Below, one piece after another: positions 56,063-64,000 of a DNA stretch of 64,000 nt. Position numbers and translations under genes: made by a program. Numbering within the stretch: the first letter of the stretch is position 1; the number at the start of each line of letters is the position of its first letter. The DNA is from Cystobasidiomycetes sp. EMM_F5 (Eukaryota). Below the pieces are notes generated by a model. The model saw only the letters and a program-made list of their open reading frames with translations, had not been told where the DNA came from and did no database searches. The DNA is taken from assembly GCA_051047955.1 (NCBI GenBank), contig JBPGPT010000012.1, positions 434,001 to 498,000 on the forward strand. The letters are read 5' to 3'.

Positions 56063-57251
56063 ATGGCTGCTACAGCGTCACTCTCTGTCCCGCAGGCTGC
56101 CCCGTCTGGCTTGTCCCACATGCAGCCTGGTCCATCTGCCAAACGCACAAAGCTCGCTCGAGGACCCCCGAGGGTCAGCATTGGGGAAATGTCAGTCTGC
56201 TAACAGCGTTGCACTCGATATTGAAGACGTATACTGCGAATGGCTGCTAACGTAATTCAATGGTACTGCCGGATTATCCGTTTTCAGCAATCCAAATAAT
56301 ATTGGAACACTCCGCAAACTACAGTAAGATGCTCCTGGTCATTTGTTGACATTACTCTTGCACATATTTTCTCACTCATGTCTCTGCCAATCCCGCACCA
56401 TGAAGCGCGGTCCTCTTCCCCGTTGCCTACTCTGACAGATTCTACAAAGAAGTCCTGGCTCCAGAGGTGAGACGAATCAGTACGTCGGACAGTGCTGCGT
56501 ACTGACCCATCATGATCATGAACAGCTTGAAGACTACTGCAAGCTTGGTGAGTGGGCTATTGTACCGATCAACGCAAACAGGCCAATTGATATGGCCTCT
56601 TCAGTCTACTACAACGACATTCCCGTCGGGGCAATCTGCTGTCGTATTGAGCGGGATCCCGTAGCAAGCGGCAGCGGCAGCCGCGATGATTCGAATGCTC
56701 CATCTACTGGGAGGCTGTACCTAATGACCCTGGGTGTCTTGGCTCGTGAGCGATTCCCCAGTGCGCTTGGACTGGTGCAACGATCTGATCTCATTACAGC
56801 ATATCGCCGTCGTGGCCTCGCGAGCAAGCTGTTGACGCATGTCATCGAGAAAGCTACCGAGAACTCGCTTGCAGCCTCGCTCACTCCAAGTCATCAAACC
56901 CCCATACAAGCACCAACGGCGCCCGCTCCAAGCAAACCTGTTGCAAAAACAGCAAAGGGCAAGAACAAAGCCGCCGCAATACCGTCTGTACCCAGCATCA
57001 AGGGCAAAGAGACTGAAAAGAACAAGGATGCAGATAAAGAGCCAGAAGCTGAGAAGAAGGAGACGCCTCCTGCTCCGCCTTTGCCGGTGCTCAAGAAGAT
57101 TTTTGTGCACGTCCAAACTTCAAACGACGATGCCAAGTTATTTTGGGAGACAAAAGGCTTTGTAGAGGCGCAAACAATCAAAGACTACTATAAACCAAAC
57201 ATCGTAGGCCCTCGGGACGCCTGGTTGCTGGAGAAGGAGCTAGACATGTAG
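56063..57251 (+). CDS. NAT5: N-terminal acetyltransferase Naa50/Nat5 (GNAT)
   Basis: INPNNIGTLRKLH.VLFPVAYSDRFYK, LVYYNDIPVGAICCR, LYLMTLGVLA.YRRRGLAS, FVHVQTSNDDAK..GF..IKDYY. Confidence 0.9.
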
Positions 57252-57551
57252 AATGGTGTCTGCTGGGAATTAATGCGTAATGAGAGGGCAGTCACAATGG
57301 TTAGATAACATCGCAAAAGTGTCACGACACGTTTGATGACGGTGTCGAGGTAATCACATGCTACTGCTACAGACTTCGTGAAAACAACTATGATCTATAT
57401 ACTGTGTGATGATTGTCCGTTTCAACTGCTAAGAATGTGCAAAGCTATACATGAGTGACACCTAATATGGCTACCCACAGCAGCCTCACCCAGGGCAATC
57501 TGAATTGGGAAAGTCCCCAATTGGCGGTCGTTATGATTGGATGATGACGAC

Positions 57552-60500
57552 TCAATAGTAAAAGTCTTCTGAGATAAATTCGATATGCCCGCGGGCATCG
57601 CCCTTGGCGACACGTCTCGGGTCGATGCGTCTGCCGGCGACGCGTCTGACCAAGTCGTTCAGTGAAGGCGGACCACAAGACGTGACTGCCACTTTGCCTT
57701 GCGAGCGCTCAATCTCGGACCCAATGATGGCGTCTAAATCTGGCTTGCCACCTCGTGCTAGCTCAGCAATAATGTTCAGATCGTCTCGGTCGTAATCATC
57801 CATGTCGAGAGCGGCACTTTCATTTTCGGTAAGAAGAGGGGTACCGACGGAGGACTTGCGCCTGTACTGTTTGTTGTTGGAGGGATGTTCGTAATCTGTA
57901 TGCTTGTGATACAGGAAGTCAGTGTCTATCCCTGATTGCGGCCGAGATTGCACGCCATCGTGTGGAGGATACTGATGTGGGTAAACGGCAGGTTCGGCAG
58001 AATAGGGGACCTTTGTGGGCGTAGGGGATGGCGTATGCGCGGGTGTCTCGTCTGCAGAATACTCCTGCAAATCTTCAGCAAATCTGCTACCTTGTCGAGT
58101 ATGTGTAGGTTTGGCAACCGGTTGTGCAGCCTTTTGCGATCTCCCTCTCATCTTTCGGGACAGCGCTCGTCTGACTTTACCCTCTTTTCGAACAGTCTTG
58201 CTAATTTCTTGGTCGACAGGTGAAGGCTCCTCGGCTTCGCCATCAAAAAGTATCATGTCTGTTACTGAAAAGTCTGCCGAAGCATTCCCTTGCGTCTCGC
58301 CAGATGCGGCTGCATGGCCTTCTCGAGTATTCGTCGTATCGAGGCTGATAGCAGAGTAGACGGAACCGCCTCCGACAACGGTATCAGAAGACATGCTGTC
58401 AAAACTTTCGCCTCTGGTATGTCGAGCGAATCCAGGTCGAGGCGGTTGGAAGACATCACTCTCGTCAGCGCTGGCTGGCATCAGCGCCGTTTGTCCGTAT
58501 GGCGACTTTGATGGCAGCGCGTTGCCCAGTGCCGGCTGTTGCAGTTCGCTCGTGACGAAGAGGTCAATGCGGAGCCTTGATGGGTCTGAGATATCCATAC
58601 ACTTTCGTAATGCTGGAGCAATCCAAGCAAGATGTGCTGTACGTGACATGGCTGGCAATCAGATATTGCATTTGTATCAAGCCATACTGACTTACCGTAT
58701 TCTCGTAGGATCCATACAAAGCGCACTCTGCCGACACTAGTCGGCTTTGTCTTGCGCGATTTACCCGTCGGCGCATCACCACGGCGCAGAGCGTCCTTTT
58801 CAGCCATGGTATGGCACAGGTGTTCCAGCACGCACATGGCATACGTAACACCTGTACCGGCCGCTACAATTACGACGGACGAAAAGTCGTCCCACCTAAC
58901 ACGGGATGCAGACCCGTTTGGCAAGTACGTCTGCGCGCGAATGAGTACTCCTGGGGCGGGTTGGCTTTCCTGACCGTTCTTTGGGTCGAAATTGAATGAT
59001 GTCGGTGATGAAGCGTTTGTGAGCCGTTTTCGTTTATTATTGATAGATTGGTATAAATGCTTCGTGAATCCCTTTCTGGCAGAAATGAGTAGTACAATCT
59101 CGCTACCTCCACCTTGAACTGGCATGCGGGCTTCGCTAAAGTCTTGGGCGTTTACAATCGAGTACGGATGCCCCTGCCACCATCGTACACTCGGTATCGT
59201 AAGCATGACGTGCTGTCCCGGTTTCCATGAAACATGTCGTAATGTATGAATTGTTAGACGTATCACTCTGCCCGGCAGTACTTGGGCAAGAGCGTAGCCC
59301 TTTGGAATATTGAGAGAAGAGTAGATTGGTCGCGAGATGGCATTCTCTGTCTGGTATGACGGCAGGGGTGTCATGTGAGGTGGCCGAGGAGGATACGCAG
59401 CGTTGTTCTGCTGGTATGATGAGAGTTCATTCGACATACTAGGTCGCGAGCGGTGGCCTCTGCGCACGTCGTCATTGCCAGGTCCGTACGCATAGACTGG
59501 CTGGGGATACCGAGCAGACTCGGAAGACTGCAGCGCTACGTCTTGTAGATTGTGCGTGCTAGCTGAAGCTGCTGACCACTCTTCCGCCCCATATGGATTG
59601 TTGACCGTCGGAGCGTGGCGAGTATTGGCAGTGAATCTCTGCGAGTCTGCAGAGATTCGCTTTTCGACATTGTGCACGCGAAAGCCTGTAGACGAGGCAT
59701 CGCGGGAAGTGAATTGTGCTTTGCCCACGCGTCCTTCGCCAAATATCGGTATACCCTTTCCGTAGTTGAGAAACAGAAAGACGCAGAATCGTACAAGACG
59801 CTCGAGACCCCACAAGCACGCTGCGAGGAGACTCCACCCTTGCAGAGCTTGGTAGTGTATGGTAATGGTGACAAGAAAACCGAGGACGAGAACGACGTGG
59901 GAGTAGTAGAATATTTCATAGTAGCGATTTCGGAGTGGTTTGAAGGAGAATGCGACCATTGCTGTGAGTAAGCCATACGCGATACCTCCTGCCAGAAGAC
60001 GATGCCAGGCCCAAGACGTGTTCCACGTTGGCTCGTTGAAGGGATTAATGTCGATAAAGAGCTGCTTTGTCCAGAGGCCAGTGTGTACCGTACTCATGGC
60101 CCATATCAACCTCCCTACCCATCTGTGCCAGATGGCAGTCCGGTCAATACTGAGGTTGGTCAGGAAAGGTGTCGCAAATAGGTTCATTGGCCATTGCTTT
60201 AGTGCTAGTGCGACGCTGAGCGGAAGCAGTGCGTAGGCAATCAGGCCAACGCGAGATGACGATGTCCAGAAGCTCTTGTCGATTTCGTAGTTTGGACCAG
60301 CCAGGAGTGGGTCTGTGAGTGGAGACCATCCATAGCGCGCTGGTCTGCGTTTCGACAGAGTGTGTAGCACGCCTGCTGAAGTGTCGGATAGAGCTCGTGC
60401 AAACTTGCGCGAGAATTGATTTGTGGCATTGTCGCCGTTGACTGGGACGTAGCCGCAGTAGTTGTTGCTAAAGAGACAGTTTGTGGGGTAGACGTAGTCT

Positions 60501-61090
60501 GGACCAATGTAGCACAGACAAAAGGTGAGTACGAGAAGGCAGACTAGGCCAACGAGCTGCGACACGGTAGGCGTAGTCCAACCCCATTTCCGGATAGTTA
60601 GACGCGAGCCTTTCTGTAGTGCGGTAGTAGCCCCCTGCCTAGCTGGGGTGTGCGATCCAAACGACCACTTTTGCATGCCAAGCTTTCGCAGCCACAGACC
60701 TGGTGCGCCTACACGCCACCTAGTCTGGTGAGCCAGTGTCCATACGACAAAGATTGCTGCGAGTGCGAACCAGAGGTAGTACGAGTAGCGGAAGGAGGGG
60801 TACGACAGGGTGTGCGCGTCGAGGTAGGGTTTAGTGAATACGTGCTGGATATTGCGTGGAAGAAAGGGAGCAGACAAAAGGAAACAGAGACCGTCAGCAG
60901 TGCGGCATGGCACAGAAGACGGGCACCAGCCAGATCTCACCAGCAGATTGTAGTCTGACACATCCTGGCCTGTCAGAGTCCCGCTCGCTGGAGTGCCAGT
61001 GATTGTTGGCTGGGGAGTGTAGGCAGAGTAGGCGTTGGTCCCGGCGAGGGTGGTGGTGCCAGAGGCGACACGGGCAAACGAGATGGACAT
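57552..61090 (-). CDS. Ferric/metalloreductase (FRE/NOX-like) membrane protein with large low-complexity insertions
   Basis: Heme His pairs (WHRWVGRLIWAMSTVH; YSHVVLVLGFLVTITIH), WKPGQHVML..HPYSI FAD motif, VAAGTGVT, RFVWILR, GKPDL..CGPPSL..ISEDFYY*. Confidence 0.9.
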
Positions 61091-61701
61091 GGTGCCTCGC
61101 AGCTATGGCAGCGGTGTGATTGAGTGTGCTGTTTTGATGGCTGTCGTTTCTTTGAGTGTCCCGATCAGCTGTCGAGCGCTTCCGTTTATTGACAGGTGTG
61201 ACCCGATAGCCACCTTGTCTCCTGCCAGCTGCAGCAGTCCTGGCGCTGCCGTGTGACCGTCTAATGTACAGTCGAGCTCAGCAATGTCAGAGTTTTCAGC
61301 AGTCGGTCACTGGTTGGGAGTGTGCGGTCTTTTGGATAGTGCTGCGCGTCTTGATGAAAGGCGGTGTCAGTCGGACTATGGTGAATCGAAGCAAGTGGTG
61401 TCTGGCGGGTACTCACTTCTGATACTCAGACAGTATTTACATTAACATTAAATGAAGACTCCTCAACGTCGGCTGGTAGTGCAATTGACGCGGTCATTTG
61501 TTAATGGAATTTCAGGCTAATGGATGCATCGCAGGCAGGTAGGGTATATTCCACGATTGTAGAGTCAAGAGGTGTGCAATAGTCGGAATGTGTGCCGTTG
61601 ACCTCGAAGCTGTATATGTAACCAACGCAATTACTGTCAAAGTAGTGGATCCAACTGCTTCTCTTCATTGCCCGTCTATAACCCTCAAGACTTTGACAGC
61701 C

Positions 61702-61713
61702 ATGGCTACCTGA
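61702..61713 (+). promoter_or_regulatory. Minimal uORF (Met-Ala-Thr-stop) upstream of ATM1
   Basis: GCCATGGCTACCTGA in strong Kozak context, ending 29 nt before the ATM1 ATG at 61743. Whether it lies inside the transcript is unknown. Confidence 0.4.
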
Positions 61714-61742
61714 CCAGCTGCGCCCATACTCTGACTGCCGCC

Positions 61743-64000
61743 ATGCACCGCGTACAGTCTGCAGTCTACGCAGCAGCGGCAGCCTCGCACCAGGCACCGC
61801 TGTCCTCGCTGGCGGCGACCTCGTCATCGCGGTGGCCGACTCGACGCAACAGAGCTGCGACTGGCATACCTCGAGAGGTTGCCCCGTCATCGTCTAGGGC
61901 GTGTAGCAGCATACCTTATCGAACCGCAATTCACGCAAACGTAAAAAGCACCCTTCCGTGCCACTTGTGCTCTCCGAGGCATCCCTTACGTCGAACACCC
62001 CTCCATGGCTTACTACTCCCAGTACACCCAAAGTCCCACTTCTCTCATCTAGCAGACCGTCGCAATCAGGAAAACAAGAAGAACGATGAACCGGCGGCTT
62101 CTGTCCAAGCTACTACTTCACAAACACCACCTAATCCTGATTCAACTTCACCCACCACAACTCCCAGTATCAAGCCCAAAGATGCTGCAGTCGTAAAGAG
62201 CGCAGCAGTCGACACCACACCAGGATCAGCTGCAAAAGCGACCGGAGAACAGCGTATGCAGGATGTACAGATCATCAAGCGTTTGCTCCCAAACATATGG
62301 CCAAAGGGCGATGTGCAGACAAAAACGAGGGTCGTCGTAGCCCTGACTTTGCTGGTTGGTGGAAAGGTGAGTTTGGGTGGAAGTTGGAGAAGCTAAAAGG
62401 CGGGAACGAATGCTGATTGTGGCTGTCTCTTCTGCGACCGTGCATTCCGTCTGTGTCTGCATTTGTATCTGCATCGTATCTCGGATCCCGTGTCTTTCGT
62501 CTGTTCCTAATTTATGTTTTCGTTCTATTTCGTTGCCCTCGTGTTCTGCCTGGTGCTCCATCTCAACTCTATTCTTTCCTTCTGTTCCGCGTACGTCGTA
62601 TTCTGTCTCGTTTTTCTATCTCGAATCTATTCTTTCATTCTGTCCCACGTACCTCGTGTTCTGTCTCGTCTTTTATCTCCACATTCCGTCTCCTTTGCGT
62701 CCCTGTGTTTTAAATAGCTACTCAACGTCCAAGTCCCCTTCTTCTTCAAGAGCATCGTTGACTCCCTCAATATACCCTTGTCCGAACTATCCACAGATCA
62801 AACCGTATGGACACTCGCAGGGAGTGTCATTATAGGCTGTAAGTCACGCTTGCGTGAATTCTATGATTGAAACAGTTAGGTAGCTTAAAACGTCTCCATG
62901 ATTCTACTGCAGACGGCCTCGCAAGAGTCTTTTCAAACCTATTCTCCGAACTTCGCAACGCAGTCTTTGCAAATGTCGCACAGGGAGCAATCCGCAGAGT
63001 GGCACGAAACGTATTTACGCATCTCTTGAATCTAGATACGAGTTTCCATCTTGCTCGAAATACTGGTGGTCTTACGAGGGCCATTGATAGGGGGACAAAG
63101 TGGGTTTCTTCATACTCATTCTGAATGAGAGGCTAAACCAACATTTGGTCATCCGATAGAGGTATCTCTTTTCTTCTGACCTCTGTCCTCTTCCACGTCG
63201 TCCCTACGGCACTCGAAATTACAATGGTCTGCGGGATACTCGCAAGTCTAGCTGGTTCCACAAGGATCGTAATCTAGTCGCTGATTCCCCGAAATGACAG
63301 AGCTACAATTTTGGTGTAAACTTTGCCAGCGTGACTGTCATGACTATGATTGCCTACACGTGGTTCACTGTGCGAACCACAACCTGGAGGTAACTCCGGC
63401 ATTGCTCATGGTTACGGCTCGGCCCCTTTACTGACAACCTACTTCCGACAGGATACGATTCCGAAAAGAAGCGAATCAAGCAGATAATCGAGCTGCAACT
63501 GTATCAGTCGATTCGCTAATCAACTATGAAGCTGTCAAAGTCAGTCGCTCGTTACATTTGATCTGTCCTCCTGAATCACTGATCTGTCCATGGCCTGAAT
63601 CTGATCAGAACTTCAACAATGAAAAATTCGAGATTCAACAGTATGACAAAGCTATGAAGGATTATGAAAAGTCGTCCGTCAAGATTGCGACATCCCTGGC
63701 ATTCCTCAACACAGGACAAGGGGCTATCTTCTCGAGTGCGCTTACCTTGATGATGTACCTGGCGGCAAAGGGCGTTATGAGCGGTATGGTATACTCATTC
63801 GGCACCCAGCAGGTGAGGCTGACCTGATGCAAAATCCTGCAGGTACAATGACAGTAGGGGACCTCGTTATGGTGAACCAGCTGGTCTTCCAATTGTCTCT
63901 CCCCCTCAACTTCCTCGGGACCGTATATCGAGAGTTACGGCAATCTCTCATTGACATGGACGCGCTCTTCAGCTTGCAAAACGTACAATTGGCGATTTCG
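61743..64000 (+). CDS. ATM1: Mitochondrial ABC transporter Atm1/ABCB7 (partial, continues beyond the window)
   Basis: Arg/Ser-rich presequence, [92 protein letters not shown]. Confidence 0.96.
62511..62700. repeat. Degenerate ~58-bp T/C-rich tandem repeat inside ATM1 intron 1
   Basis: Units 62561-62618 and 62619-62675 share TCTC.A.TCTATTCTTTC.TTCTGT.CC.CGTAC.TCGT.TTCTGTCTCGT; more degenerate copies flank them. Confidence 0.75.

Noticed and set aside
62377..62835. Hydrophobic ORFs resembling membrane proteins
   Set aside because: They lie within the T/C-rich ATM1 intron, whose composition yields stop-free Phe/Leu/Ser/Cys frames.
63559..63605. ~22-bp imperfect duplication (TGATCTGTCC..CCTGAATC) in an ATM1 intron
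   Set aside because: A small local slippage duplication around the branch region with no sign of function.

Overview
Gene-dense, intron-rich eukaryotic DNA. The typical ~50-65 nt GT-AG introns with CTRAY-type branch points and the protein content indicate a basidiomycete fungus, probably a yeast-like Pucciniomycotina (inference). About 29 protein-coding loci, mostly housekeeping: MSM1, a DNA ligase I-like paralog, RPP1, DED1, GID7/WDR26, Fpg, ELP3, TRS23, RPT1, VMA1, MUS81, an old yellow enzyme, an MFS transporter, Tudor-SN, MOB2, RPS21, CDC123, YSH1, NAA50, a ferric reductase and ATM1. I recognised no tRNA, rRNA, transposon, intein or CRISPR. The most interesting accessory element is a local family of three copies (intact, diverged paralog, relic) of a gene fusing a SUMO-like domain ending in di-Gly directly to an uncharacterised 'KPVI...YW.P...EWGG' domain. 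Other notable signals: a probable CUG-initiated, NLS-bearing extension of GID7/WDR26; a 351-nt ATM1 intron with a ~316-nt AG-free zone; a required 4-nt micro-exon in MOB2; a five-exon 87-aa gene absent from the ORF track; an apparent frameshift in MUS81; and several GC-AG introns. All exon boundaries were inferred by eye and need RNA-seq confirmation.
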